A stretch of 64,000 nucleotides of DNA from an uncultured Bacteroidota bacterium (GCA_963700635.1 CAVOYH010000003.1:64001-128000); one strand, 5' to 3'. Numbered from the stretch's first letter, positions 20,667-31,483 are shown. Notes: generated by a model not told the origin, from the sequence alone. Numbers and translations: made by a program.

Positions 20667-22157
20667 CTACCGGGTCAGCATCGATTGATCGATCTTGACT
20701 CCCAGCCCCTGGGCAACACCCGTTCCGAGCGCCGGGTCGGCACGGAAGAAATGGCACAGCTGCCGGTTGATGATCTCATCCTTCTTCGGCCCTTTGATCC
20801 CCTTCATGGCCCCGACGATGTTGTTGATAAAGTTCTTCCTGTCGGTATCGTTCATTGCCTGTCGGAAGAGAAGCCCCGGTTGGGTGTAATGGTCATCCTC
20901 GCCCGGTGCATTCCGATCATACCAGTCCGCTACGGCTGAATCAAGCGGAAGCGGTGCTTCCTTCGCCGTCTCGTCAATCACGATATCGTCGAAGCTGTTC
21001 GGCCGGTAGTTCGGGTCGCTGCCTCCGTTACCGTCCACACGCATGGCGCCGTCGCGCTCGTAGTTTGACACGGCATACGGGCATTTGTTGACCGGGATCT
21101 GCTCGTAGTTGGCGCCCAGGCGGTAGCGATGCGCATCCGGATAGGAAAGAAGCCGTCCCTGCAACATCTTGTCTGGCGAATAGCTGATGCCGTCCACCAC
21201 ATGGGCAGGGGCAAAGGCCGATTGCTCCACATCCGCAAAGTAATTTTCAGGCACCTCGTTCAGCTCCATCACACCAACGTCAATAAGGGGGAAGTCCTTG
21301 TGCGGCCAGACCTTGGTCAGGTCGAACGGATTCCACTTGAACTTTTTCGCCTGCTCATCGGTCATGACCTGGATCTTGCACGCCCACTTTGGGAATTCCT
21401 TCCGTTCAATCGCATCAACCAGATCCCGCTGTGCCCAGTCGGGGTCTTTCCCCTTCATGACACCTGCATCCTCATCGGTAAAGTTTTTGATCCCCTGTTG
21501 GGTTTTGAAGTGAAATTTTACCCAGACCATCTGGTTGTTCTTGTTGACGAAGGAAAACGTATGGCTGCCGTAACCGTTCATATGCCGGTAGCTGTACGGA
21601 GTCCCGCGATCGCTCATCAGGATGGACACCTGGTGCAGACTCTCGGGATTAAGCGACCAGTAATCCCACATCATGGTCGGGCTCTTGCAGTTCGTTTTGG
21701 GATCACGTTTCTGCGTGTGGATAAAGTCATCGAACTTCTTGGGGTCCTTGATGAAGAAGACGGGAGTATTGTTGCCCACAAGGTCCCAGTTGCCGTCTTC
21801 AGTATAGAACTTGATCGCAAAACCCCGAGGATCACGTTCCGTATCGGCACTGCCTTTCTCTCCGCCGACGGTGGAAAAGCGGACGAACACCCGGGTCTTT
21901 TTTCCGATCTTGTCGAACACCTTGGCGCGGGTGTATTTGGTGATATCGCCGGTCACGGTAAATGTGCCGAACGCGCCCGATCCTTTTGCATGCACAACAC
22001 GCTCGGGGATACGCTCGCGGTTAAAATGCGCCATCTTCTCATGGAGGATATAGTCCTGCAGAAGAATGGGCCCCCGGGGACCTGCGGTAAGAGAATTTTC
22101 ATGTTCGACGTATGGTTTACCTGAAGCAGTGGTGAGTTTACGCTTTTTCTTGTCCAT
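20667..22157 (-). CDS. katA: Monofunctional small-subunit heme catalase
   Basis: 'FNRERIPERVVHAKG', 'RFSTV', 'RDPRGFA', 'VGNNTPVFF', 'RLLSYPDAHRYR'. Start at MDKKKRK. Confidence 0.96.
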   Translation of the reverse strand: MDKKKRKLTTASGKPYVEHENSLTAGPRGPILLQDYILHEKMAHFNRERIPERVVHAKGSGAFGTFTVTGDITKYTRAKVFDKIGKKTRVFVRFSTVGGEKGSADTERDPRGFAIKFYTEDGNWDLVGNNTPVFFIKDPKKFDDFIHTQKRDPKTNCKSPTMMWDYWSLNPESLHQVSILMSDRGTPYSYRHMNGYGSHTFSFVNKNNQMVWVKFHFKTQQGIKNFTDEDAGVMKGKDPDWAQRDLVDAIERKEFPKWACKIQVMTDEQAKKFKWNPFDLTKVWPHKDFPLIDVGVMELNEVPENYFADVEQSAFAPAHVVDGISYSPDKMLQGRLLSYPDAHRYRLGANYEQIPVNKCPYAVSNYERDGAMRVDGNGGSDPNYRPNSFDDIVIDETAKEAPLPLDSAVADWYDRNAPGEDDHYTQPGLLFRQAMNDTDRKNFINNIVGAMKGIKGPKKDEIINRQLCHFFRADPALGTGVAQGLGVKIDQSMLTR

Positions 22158-22230
22158 AGAGTGCCTCTCACGTGGTAGGTGTATGGTTCTAAACTGAGGG
22201 AAGTTCATATAATGTACGGAATCACGTCCG

Positions 22231-22275
22231 ATAAGTCAAATCGATAATGTTGATGATGGTATAGATACTTCTTAT
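22231..22275. promoter_or_regulatory. Putative OxyR operator between divergent katA and oxyR
   Basis: ATAG-N7-TTAT (22261-22275) and ATAA-N7-CGAT (22231-22245) resemble ATAG-N7-CTAT boxes. Confidence 0.45.
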
Positions 22276-22327
22276 ATTACTCCGCGGTTGACTGTGTGAG
22301 TCGGAAACCCATTATATTGGACTGTCG

Positions 22328-23269
22328 ATGACGATCACCCAGCTTGAATACATTGTTGCACTGGATACCTGGCGGCACTTCGGGACTGCGGCAGAAAAAT
22401 GTTATGTCACGCAGCCAACCCTCAGCATGCAGATCCGGAAGCTCGAGGAGGAATTCGGCGTACGCCTGTTTGACCGGAGCAAGGTCCCCGTTCATCCGAC
22501 GGACGAAGGCGTCGAAATCGTTCGCCAGGCGAGAGTAATCCTCCGCGAAGTGAGCAGGATGCAGCACAACCTCCGGGAACGAAAAGGCACACTCTCAGGC
22601 GAGTTGACGCTGGCCATCATCCCCACGCTTGCGCCATACCTCCTCCCCCTCTTCGTCGGCGGTTTCCTCGCCCGTTATCCGGACATCCGGCTGATCGTCA
22701 CAGAAATCACAACCGACGTCATCATCGAACGGCTCAAGAACAATCTTCTTGACGCTGGGCTGCTCGTGACCCCGCTGCAGGAACGTCTTATTACAGAGCA
22801 ACCGCTCTTCTATGAACCATATGTCGTCTTTGTCTCACCGGACGAACCGGTCTACAAGAAACGGTATGTGCTGGCCGATGACATCGATCCCCGGCATCTG
22901 TGGCTACTTGAAGAGGGCCATTGTATGCGATCGCAAATCATGAGGTTGTGCGAACTCAAAAAGAAGACCGCAACAAACACCAATTTCCAGTACGAAGCGG
23001 GGAGTGTTGAGACACTCAAGAGAATGGTGGAGAGCAGAAACGGTATCACCATTATCCCCGAACTTGCCCTGGCAGACCTTCCGCCTCGGCAGTTAAAAAT
23101 GGTTCGCCGGTTCCGATCCCCCATCCCCGCCCGGGAAGTAAGCCTGGTCAGCCATCGTGACGGTGTTAAACAGCACATTCTCAACGCGCTGCAGGATGAA
23201 ATTCTGCGATGCCTTCCGGTGGGAATGCGCTCGAAGGAAGGGAAGGAGATTCTGGGTTTTGTGGAATAA
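22328..23269 (+). CDS. oxyR: LysR-family hydrogen peroxide sensor OxyR
   Basis: LysR HTH 'TQPTLSMQIRKLEEE'; redox cysteines 'EGHCMRSQIMRLC'; divergent from catalase. Confidence 0.93.
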   Translation: MTITQLEYIVALDTWRHFGTAAEKCYVTQPTLSMQIRKLEEEFGVRLFDRSKVPVHPTDEGVEIVRQARVILREVSRMQHNLRERKGTLSGELTLAIIPTLAPYLLPLFVGGFLARYPDIRLIVTEITTDVIIERLKNNLLDAGLLVTPLQERLITEQPLFYEPYVVFVSPDEPVYKKRYVLADDIDPRHLWLLEEGHCMRSQIMRLCELKKKTATNTNFQYEAGSVETLKRMVESRNGITIIPELALADLPPRQLKMVRRFRSPIPAREVSLVSHRDGVKQHILNALQDEILRCLPVGMRSKEGKEILGFVE

Positions 23270-23318
23270 CTCTCCCCGCACCATCCATGTTTCCGATCGC
23301 CCATCTGAGGAGACAACA

Positions 23319-25382
23319 ATGATCCGTCCGATCTATGCCTGCGTGCTTGCGTTACTGTGTTGCACGAACGTCGTGACCGCCCAATCGCCGTTCCTCTTTG
23401 GCATGTATGCAATCGGCCGGGGGGAAAATGAGGGGATGCACTGGACCGGAAGCCGGTTTGACATCCACACGGCGCCGGATGGGAGTGGCCGGAGACTCAT
23501 GAACTTCTGGAACGACTCCCTGGGCATGAATACATTTTTCGTCAATGTGTCGAACTTCGGCGACAACAGGTACGTCGACACGCTTTTTGAACGATATGCG
23601 GCATATCCCTCGGAGGAACACAATTTTATTGCCGAATCAAAAATTATCCCCATCTATCGGTGTTTCCAGTTCACCCATGCCGCAGAGAGCCACTACCTGA
23701 AGTTTTCCCCCGCTTCCCAACGAGACCCGCAAGGAAACGGCATTGTCTTTGACAACTCCACATTCGATATAACAACCGGTGATTCCACCTTTACCATCTC
23801 CGCTACACGGCCCCTCTCATCAGGACGAATCATTCAGGACTTGACGGTATTCGGCGGGGAGACGAGACAACTGAGGCCGAGAGATTGGAATACCAGGGGC
23901 GCATCTGCCCACTTCACGCTGCGTTTCAGGTTCTCGGCCGGGACTTCTTCACCCCGCCTCAGGGTCATTCTCGACAACAAGGGCGGGACCACCGGCAATA
24001 CAAACTACCATCTGATCGATACCATCCTGACACCCCCCGCCGGGAACAGCACAATGGCTCTTCCATTTCGGCTGGACACACGCAGATCCGCCGATCAGCA
24101 CGCCGCGCACACATGCAAACTCCGCCTCCAGGTGTACTGTTCCATGCCCGCCGGGAGCGTCTTCCACCTGAATGATATCACGGCATATGACGATAGCGGC
24201 CGTGTTGTTGTCGAGGAAACCGATCGTTTTTCAGAGCAAACAGGCGGAACGAGCTGGTGAACACCTTCAGGAGAATCGCGACACGCATCAACTCATCAGC
24301 TTCTACTCTCAGGGTGTACCCCATCATTGCCATCGCGGATGAACCCCACGCCGGCAACTACGCCCCGATGGACGCTGTGTGCCGGTACATTTCGAATCTG
24401 GACACAAGACTGACCTTCTATTGTACATGGCCGGGGTGAAGATCCCGGACATGTTAATCCCAATGGCGTGGATCGTCTGGCAAAGGTCGGGGTGCACTAC
24501 ATCGCACCCGATGCCTACCTGTACACAAGAGCCAACACCGATTCCCGTTCTGCGATTTTTAAGCACTACGACGTGCTTTCAAGATTCTGCAGGCGGTTAC
24601 AAACCGCCGATCCCGGAAAAACCATCATCACGGTCCCCCAGCTGTTTTCCGGCGTCGGCGACTGGAGGGCGCCCAGCCGGAATGAGGTCCTGGCAAGCGC
24701 CTATGTTTCCCTTCTTGTAGGCGCAAAAGGCGTGTGTTACTACTTCTCGGGTCCCTTTGATGGGATCCAGCAGCCGCTCTACTCGTTCCCTGATCCGGGT
24801 GACGTACTGGACAGGACCTCCAGGTTTTACGACAAAATGTTTGACATGAGACAGATGAATCAGGAGAAGGTCGCCGCACTCAGAACGTTTGCGGGATTTA
24901 TACACGGAAAGACGGGAGAAGCCGACGGCCTCACACACGGAGATCTCCTTGCCACCATTGGCATTGACAGGCATAGCATCGTGGGCACGACCAATGGCAT
25001 TGACGTGGTGAATGTGCGGGATTTTTCACCCAATGAAATCGGCGATACCGAGAGGGTTGACTTCTCGAAGATCACCATCACCGGAACCGGCGGAGGGACC
25101 CCGACCGGACCTGCCATGGTGGGTGTGGCGCACCTGAGGAATCTTGCTTCGAGGCCCAACGTAAGCTATTTCCTCTTTACAAATCTCGGCGCAAGGAACG
25201 AGACGTTGCGTCTCAGGTTGTCGCTGCGATCAGTCAACCAGCTTCCCTCAGTGCGGGTAAGTAACCTTACCTTCCCCGACGACATGACCAACAGGGGGTA
25301 TTTCAAAAACGGGCAGGTGTCAGTCGTCTTACCCGCCAGCGCCGCAATGATTATCAAGATCGAGAACTCCAACACACTCTAA
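23319..25382 (+). CDS. Large secreted hypothetical protein (~690 aa), frameshifted near 24235 and 24437; possibly glycoside-hydrolase-like
   Basis: Signal peptide MIRPIYACVLALLCCTNVVTA/Q; three colinear ORF pieces; 'IIAIADEP', 'PDAY' and 'GAKGVCYY' suggest a TIM-barrel. Confidence 0.55.
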
Positions 25383-25413
25383 ATCCATCGAGCCCACACA
25401 CTATGGAGGGGTG

Positions 25414-25830
25414 ATGACCGAACTCAAGACCAAGCGGAACAAAAGAAGTGTCCGGACATTTCTGGGAGCCATCCCGGACAAGGAAAAGCGCCGCGATGCG
25501 TTCGCTCTTCTTGACATCATGCAGAAGATCACAAAATCGAAACCGGAGATGTGGGGAAGCAGCATTGTCGGTTTCGGTTCCTATCACTACAAATACAGCA
25601 CCGGACGCGAGGCAGACTGGCCCCTGGTCGGGTTTTCCCCCCGCAAACAAAATCTGACAGTGTATATTATGGCCGGATTCACCGAGTATGACGGTCTCCT
25701 GGAGAAACTCGGGAAACACAAAACAGGCAAGTCGTGTCTCTACATCAAGTCTCTCGAGGACGTGCACATCCCAACCCTGAAGAAACTGGTAAAAGAATCG
25801 GTCAGGTACATGAAGAACAAGACCTGGTGA
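25414..25830 (+). CDS. DUF1801 (YdhG-like) protein
   Basis: 'MWGSSIVGFGSYHYKY', 'GFSPRKQNL', 'LGKHKTGKSCLYIK'. Confidence 0.88.
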   Translation: MTELKTKRNKRSVRTFLGAIPDKEKRRDAFALLDIMQKITKSKPEMWGSSIVGFGSYHYKYSTGREADWPLVGFSPRKQNLTVYIMAGFTEYDGLLEKLGKHKTGKSCLYIKSLEDVHIPTLKKLVKESVRYMKNKTW

Positions 25831-25852
25831 TCCGGTCGGACGGGGGTTCAGC

Positions 25853-26692
25853 CTAGAAGGTAACCCGAAGGCCGAGCGTGGCAGTAAACGCGCGGGTCAG
25901 GCCGTCAATGTTGACCGGCCGCTTGAGAAGGGGAAAAGCGCCTGCGGCATGCAGCAGGAGGTGTTCGGACAAGGGTACGGACGGCGCCACCACGACGTTT
26001 ATCTGTCCCTGATCACTCTCCGGCACATCAACAAACCGTTCAGACAACGCCGTCGTATCCCGCACGCTGGAAAGCCCGAACCGCTTGATGGCAATCACTT
26101 CAGTCTTCAGCACAAAAGCGCCGAACGTCTGTGTGTACCCGGCGCGCAGCATGACGTCCTGTCCCCGTTTTAGCCGGTTCAGACGATTGTCCGATCGGCC
26201 GAACGGTATTTGCATTCCGGCTCCTGCTGACCAGGCGCCATGGGTGAGATTAGCTCCAATGAGCAGATCGGTCGTCCCAAGCCCGTTTTGATACCGCTGT
26301 GACAGACCGTTCTTATTCACACTCCCTGTTGGCAGGCGGGCACCGATCTGTCCTTCAATGATCGGCCCGTCAGACGCGGTAAACCGTTGATTCCAGGCAA
26401 CGAGAATGTCTCCGGCACCGCTGGTGGAACCGTCCGGACCGGATTGACGATTGAAGGGGACTGAAATGCTGAGCCGGGAGTCCTTCAGAAGCTGAATGTC
26501 GCCGCTGAGCCGCAGGGTAAAAAACGAAATATCATCATCCTTCGTGCTTTTTCCGGAAACGGCATCAACCGAGAGCCAGTGAGAGACCGTTTCCTGGCCT
26601 GTACCAAAACTACACACGCCGGCATCAGAACATTGTGCGAACGCAGAACCTGCGGTGGCAGTCAGAGTAAGTAAGAGAACGATCGTTTTCAA
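25853..26692 (-). CDS. Predicted outer-membrane beta-barrel with N-terminal CSDAGxC motif
   Basis: Signal peptide AFA/Q, 'QCSDAGVCS', 'RLPTG', 'GLGTTDL', alternating strands, terminal Phe ('LGLRVTF'). Confidence 0.6.
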   Translation of the reverse strand: MKTIVLLLTLTATAGSAFAQCSDAGVCSFGTGQETVSHWLSVDAVSGKSTKDDDISFFTLRLSGDIQLLKDSRLSISVPFNRQSGPDGSTSGAGDILVAWNQRFTASDGPIIEGQIGARLPTGSVNKNGLSQRYQNGLGTTDLLIGANLTHGAWSAGAGMQIPFGRSDNRLNRLKRGQDVMLRAGYTQTFGAFVLKTEVIAIKRFGLSSVRDTTALSERFVDVPESDQGQINVVVAPSVPLSEHLLLHAAGAFPLLKRPVNIDGLTRAFTATLGLRVTF

Positions 26693-26918
26693 CCATATCC
26701 CCGAAGAAGTGCTGTGGTAGTATATTTCTAACCCCGTCAGAGCACAGTTTGTTCCCTTCGGTCGGATGCCGGCCGCAGAGAGAGGGCCGGCCCATACGGT
26801 CGTCAGCGCACAAGGACCATTTCAGCACCTTCCAAGGAGTTGCATTTGCAGGTGCGCATTGCTACACTATTATGATATAAAAAGTGTTTTGTCTGGAACA
26901 CGTCGTGAAGGAACAACC

Positions 26919-27944
26919 ATGGGGACACTACCCGAGAAGTTTGAATCGGTGCGTCAGCTTGAAGACTTTATGTCAAGCCCCTCAGCAGCACTCGTGGAAT
27001 ATGTTAAGGGCTTGAAGGGGGACATCATGATCATCGGCGCCGGCGGTAAAATAGGTCCGACCATGGCAATCATGGCCAGAAAGGCGGCCGACAAGGCCGG
27101 CGTGCAGAAGAAAGTGTATGCCGTGGATGTCCAGCCGTTGAAGGTGCTTGAAGGGAAGGGCATTGAAACCGTGCAGTGTGATCTGCTCGACCGGAAGGCG
27201 GTGGACCGGCTTCCTCAGGTCAAAAACGTTGTGTATATGGCAGGCAGGAAATTCGGTTCAAGCGGGAGCGAATGGCTCACCTGGGCGATTAATGTCATGG
27301 TTCCCCACAATGTGGCGGAAGTATGCAGACAATCCTCGATCGCCGTATTCTCCACAGGCTGTGTGTATCCGGTGGTCGATGTGTACACCGGAGGATCCGT
27401 TGAAACCGATGCACCAGATCCGGTTGGCGAGTATGCGGCAAGTTCCCTCGGGAGAGAAAGGGTCTTTGACTACTACGCGGCCGAACAGGGCACACACGTT
27501 GTCCAGATCCGTCTGAATTATGCGCTTGAACTACGATACGGAGTACTGGTTGACATCGCGACGAAAGTGTATCATGATGAACCGGTTGACGTAACGACAG
27601 GTTTTATGAATGGGATCTGGCAGGGAGATTGTTGTGATCAGGTCTTAAGGAGTTTTGACCACGCAACAAGTCCAAGCTCAATTCTGAATATTACAGGACC
27701 GGAACTCTTATCCGTACGATGGATAGCAAGGCGATTTGGACAGCTTTTCGGCAAAGAGGTCAGGATTTCCGGCCAGGAAAATGGCAGGGCATATCTTAGT
27801 AATGCTTCAAAAGCGAATGGGCTGTTCGGAAATCCCTCAGTGCCTGCTGGCAGGATCATCGAGTGGATTGCAGACTGGATCCAGAGTGGCGGCGAAAATA
27901 TCGGAAAGCCCACCCATTTTGAAACTCAGGATGGAAAATACTGA
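26919..27944 (+). CDS. NAD-dependent epimerase/dehydratase family protein
   Basis: 'IIGAGGKIG', 'YMAGRKFG', 'FSTGCVY', 'GEYAAS', 'IRLNYA'. Confidence 0.85.
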   Translation: MGTLPEKFESVRQLEDFMSSPSAALVEYVKGLKGDIMIIGAGGKIGPTMAIMARKAADKAGVQKKVYAVDVQPLKVLEGKGIETVQCDLLDRKAVDRLPQVKNVVYMAGRKFGSSGSEWLTWAINVMVPHNVAEVCRQSSIAVFSTGCVYPVVDVYTGGSVETDAPDPVGEYAASSLGRERVFDYYAAEQGTHVVQIRLNYALELRYGVLVDIATKVYHDEPVDVTTGFMNGIWQGDCCDQVLRSFDHATSPSSILNITGPELLSVRWIARRFGQLFGKEVRISGQENGRAYLSNASKANGLFGNPSVPAGRIIEWIADWIQSGGENIGKPTHFETQDGKY

Positions 27945-27976
27945 GCCAGGAATTGTGGCAAGGCGCCGGAACGTTC

Positions 27977-28723
27977 TTACCCCGGCTGTGACTCTGGAAC
28001 CGCCGCACAGCTGCGCACAAAGTCCGGTGATGTTGCAGTGTACCCCAGGAACGCCTCGACGTGACGGACGACAAACCGGGTGATCGCCTGGTCCTCTATC
28101 GTGTCGTGATATTCCATCGCGGCAGTGCAGTCGCGCAGCAGGACGACACGGTAGTTGCGATACAGCGCATCGGTCAGCGTTCCCTGCAGGCAGGCATTGG
28201 CCGCAAATCCCACAACCACCAGATTCCTTATCCGCAGATTCCTGAGTAAAGTTTCCAGACAGGTTTCAAAAAAGCCGCTGTACATCTGCTTGCGCACGAC
28301 GTATTCACCCGGCGCTGGTTCAACCACCTTGCTGAACCGGAACTCGACCGGATCCTGTTCCCACCGCTCCTCCACGGTCAGGCCGTGCGTGCGCACAAGA
28401 AGGGCGCCAAATTCGGAATGTTGCGACGCCACCATCTGGTTGGCGTTGTTCACATAGATGATCGGCATGCTGATCCGGCGGGCGGCCTCCAGCGCCGGTT
28501 TGATGCAGTCCACCATCACCCGGCGCTCCACGTCGGTGGAACCCCGATAGAAGAGCGCCGGCCGCTCGGGCTCCGGTTCTCCTGGACTGTACCCCAACCC
28601 GTACACATCGACCAGCATAAATGCGGTGTGGTCCAGAGCCAGGGTGAGCATCTCTTCAGCGTGGCCGCGATACGCCTCGGGCGGATACATTCGATAATAA
28701 CGACCGGGAAGCTTCAGGTCCAT
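27977..28723 (-). CDS. Isochorismatase-like cysteine hydrolase
   Basis: Triad D ('LVDVY'), K ('RKQMYSGF'), C ('GFAANAC'); 'LLRDCT'. Confidence 0.88.
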   Translation of the reverse strand: MDLKLPGRYYRMYPPEAYRGHAEEMLTLALDHTAFMLVDVYGLGYSPGEPEPERPALFYRGSTDVERRVMVDCIKPALEAARRISMPIIYVNNANQMVASQHSEFGALLVRTHGLTVEERWEQDPVEFRFSKVVEPAPGEYVVRKQMYSGFFETCLETLLRNLRIRNLVVVGFAANACLQGTLTDALYRNYRVVLLRDCTAAMEYHDTIEDQAITRFVVRHVEAFLGYTATSPDFVRSCAAVPESQPG

Positions 28724-28795
28724 AATCGTCCTTTCAGGGTGATCTCAGAGAGGCATCATTTCGTTTCGGACTTCTTCACCAACTCACCATGATCC

Positions 28796-31213
28796 CTATT
28801 TCCTGTACTCAACATCCCTCCTGGCGTTGAAGGAGTCCTTCGCCACTCCTTCGATCGTGTACTGGGTTACGTTCGAGATTCCCGCGTAATTGATCCTGCC
28901 GCCGGTCGAGCTGAAAAAGCCGTATGTGAAATCGCCACGGATCGTGTCTGTAAATGTCCGGTAGGTTCCGTCAGACACGATGATGATGTCTTCCCCATCC
29001 TTCGTCTTTACGGAATAGGCAAATGCGACGGTATCTTTTATGTCCAGCCTTTCCACCCGCACCTCAGCGGGAAGCAAATCCCTTTGTGAAGCGAACGGGT
29101 AGATAAGTGTCGCCATTCTATCGGAACGCCGATCGCCGGCGAGCGACTTCCGGAAGATCAACCAATCGATCTCCCGGTTGGGAGGTTCACCGGGCAGCCC
29201 GGCCAGATCAGCACCTCCCCTGGATTGAATTCTTCTGACGGCGGATGCATCCCGATGGTCTTGCTTGATCACAAATCCGTTCTCCTGCATGGAGATATAT
29301 CCGTCTTCGATTTCCTTCATCGAGCTGGGAGTGTGCAGATGAAAGTCCATCTCCCGACCTGCATCCGCTGCAGACACTTCATCGATAATCAACCAGTATC
29401 TGGTTTTGGCAAAGACAACGTGCCGCCGGTGTTTTGCCTTCTGATACAGGAGGTACCCATCGTGTGTTGCAGCAAAGAAAACGGTGTGCTGCAGGGTCGA
29501 CCAGAATTTGTCATATCCCGGTTTGTCCATCTTTTCCGGAACTGCCTGGTTGATGGTTATCATGTTGTGTGACAGAGGATGTTTGTACCAGACAACGTGC
29601 ATGGTATCCAGATAACCGAGAGTCCCGATGCCTGCGTCAAGGGCGATGGGAATGCCGTTGGCATAGATCTCGAATGACAGTTGATCAAAATGACAGTGAT
29701 TTTGCCAGTCACCATAATTGAGAATCATATAATAGGATCCCGGGTCCCACGAATCGCGCATGACTGCAAACCGTGAATCGGGGAAATCGATGGAGGTTAT
29801 GCCGGGTTCCTTCACCTGAACGGAGTGGGATGCCAGAGCTTCCGGGGAGAACTCGTGCCTGACTGCTCCGATGAAGTCGCCCCGATTGAAGAATTCACCC
29901 ATCTCCTTGAACAGCGGCACAAGGCTCTTGCCTCTGTGCGCATCGTTAAAAGGCGGATTTACCCCCACCGGCGTATTCGTGAGCACATAGAATTCCACAT
30001 TCTTTTCGAGCCTGCTCAGGTATTGTGACCGCAGGGATGGATCGTCCTTAAAATACTGCAACATCAACATGTAACGGTAGTACACGGAAAACATGTATGA
30101 CGCATAGTTGCTCGTCCGCTCCACATAACCGCCGTCATCCAGAATGTCGTTTTCCAGATGAAGGACCATGTTCGTCCTGCCGCGGTTCAGCCATGCGCCG
30201 GCTTCTTTAAACTCCGGGAAAGCCACTGCCGCATACGACGTGGTTAACGCTGTGTGCGTCTGCCAGTTGTACGGGTGAAACGGCGTCTTTTCCAGGCACA
30301 GATCGAGCCACCGTGCCGACCCTAAAATGATCTTCAGCAGTCGCTTGTTGGTTTCAGGCGAAATGTGTCTGCCAAAGACTCTCTGAGCATTGATAAGTTT
30401 CTCGGTTCTGTTGGAGAGGCCCAGTTCATACCAGACGAAGTCGTACGACCTGGTCATATTGATGACCTGCTGATTGTGTACGCTGTCCAGCTGATCGTAC
30501 CATTGATTAAAAACATCTTCAAAGGCCTTCGGGGTGGCGGGGTCCCCTTTCAGGAGATAATAGTTGATCTGATCGTCGATGAAGTGGAGATAGTGTACCC
30601 CGTATTTCGAGATCGTGGGATACTGATGATCAAAATTGATCCGCTTGCCCCAGTGTACGCCATGGAGTGTGAATCCCTTCTCCGGAGTAAAAAACGTGTT
30701 TGCGGAACGGGCAATCTGATTGTACCGGAGGGTATCAACAAGGACCTCCTGCAGAAATTCGTCGGTCGTAGTAAAATACTTCTTGTTCCGTGAATCGTAT
30801 ATCGACAACCGGCCGTTGTCGTTCCGGGACGAAAAGTATTCGTGCAAAACGACGGAGAGACGGTCAGAGTCCTTAGCTTTTAGCGCTGCGAGCAGATCCG
30901 GTTCGATCGCCTTGATGTCGAGCGAGTGAACAAGTTCCTCGTCGGAAATATACCTGATCTTATTGCGAAAATAATCCTTGTCGATGAAAACGTCATGCCA
31001 TTCGGAAAGGTTCAGGCTAAGATCGATCCCGGACCGATCCCTGTTTTCGACTTCCTGCCTGCACAGCGGACAATACCACTTGTCTCCAACCTGATACACA
31101 ACCGATTGAAGGGTGACGGTGGGACCGGTAAGGTCCTGATCGGCCGGCCGGACTACCGGTGAACAGGATAACATCAGGAGCAGGATGCCCGGAAGCAGCT
31201 TCAGCGTTCTCAT
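28796..31213 (-). CDS. Heparinase II/III-like lipoprotein
   Basis: Lipobox 'MLS-C'; 'YNWQ', 'DGGYVER', 'FND', 'MRDSW', 'HCHFDQLSFEIYANG', 'SHNMITIN', 'HDGY', 'HRR'. Confidence 0.82.
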   Translation of the reverse strand: MRTLKLLPGILLLMLSCSPVVRPADQDLTGPTVTLQSVVYQVGDKWYCPLCRQEVENRDRSGIDLSLNLSEWHDVFIDKDYFRNKIRYISDEELVHSLDIKAIEPDLLAALKAKDSDRLSVVLHEYFSSRNDNGRLSIYDSRNKKYFTTTDEFLQEVLVDTLRYNQIARSANTFFTPEKGFTLHGVHWGKRINFDHQYPTISKYGVHYLHFIDDQINYYLLKGDPATPKAFEDVFNQWYDQLDSVHNQQVINMTRSYDFVWYELGLSNRTEKLINAQRVFGRHISPETNKRLLKIILGSARWLDLCLEKTPFHPYNWQTHTALTTSYAAVAFPEFKEAGAWLNRGRTNMVLHLENDILDDGGYVERTSNYASYMFSVYYRYMLMLQYFKDDPSLRSQYLSRLEKNVEFYVLTNTPVGVNPPFNDAHRGKSLVPLFKEMGEFFNRGDFIGAVRHEFSPEALASHSVQVKEPGITSIDFPDSRFAVMRDSWDPGSYYMILNYGDWQNHCHFDQLSFEIYANGIPIALDAGIGTLGYLDTMHVVWYKHPLSHNMITINQAVPEKMDKPGYDKFWSTLQHTVFFAATHDGYLLYQKAKHRRHVVFAKTRYWLIIDEVSAADAGREMDFHLHTPSSMKEIEDGYISMQENGFVIKQDHRDASAVRRIQSRGGADLAGLPGEPPNREIDWLIFRKSLAGDRRSDRMATLIYPFASQRDLLPAEVRVERLDIKDTVAFAYSVKTKDGEDIIIVSDGTYRTFTDTIRGDFTYGFFSSTGGRINYAGISNVTQYTIEGVAKDSFNARRDVEYRK

Positions 31214-31434
31214 ACAAAATTCCTTGGTCTGTGTGATGGTGCCTGTCGTCGGCGGCACTCTCGCAATGAGGTCCGCCGGCACGGGGATGGCCGGGGTAAG
31301 ATCCGCGTGACATTTTCCAATATACGAATTGGATTACATTTAGGGGAGGTATTCCGGAAGAATACGGTGCCCCCTCACCGGGAAACAGATCGGGGGGGGA
31401 TGCCCGGCACGGATCGGAACACAGACATCTGCCA

Positions 31435-31483
31435 TTGACTTACCCGGTCCAATTCCGTATTTTTTTATGATGAAACCGCTTCT
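31435..31483 (+). promoter_or_regulatory. Sigma70-like promoter followed by a LacI/GalR-like operator
   Basis: TTGACT-N17-TATTTT (31435-31463), then TGAAACCGCTTCT (31471-31483) near the predicted +1. Confidence 0.45.

Noticed and set aside
21129-22124. 331-aa plus-strand ORF (also 36411..37607, 37705..38634, 62757..63638)
   Set aside because: Antisense shadows of well-supported genes, typical of GC-rich coding DNA, with no recognisable motifs.
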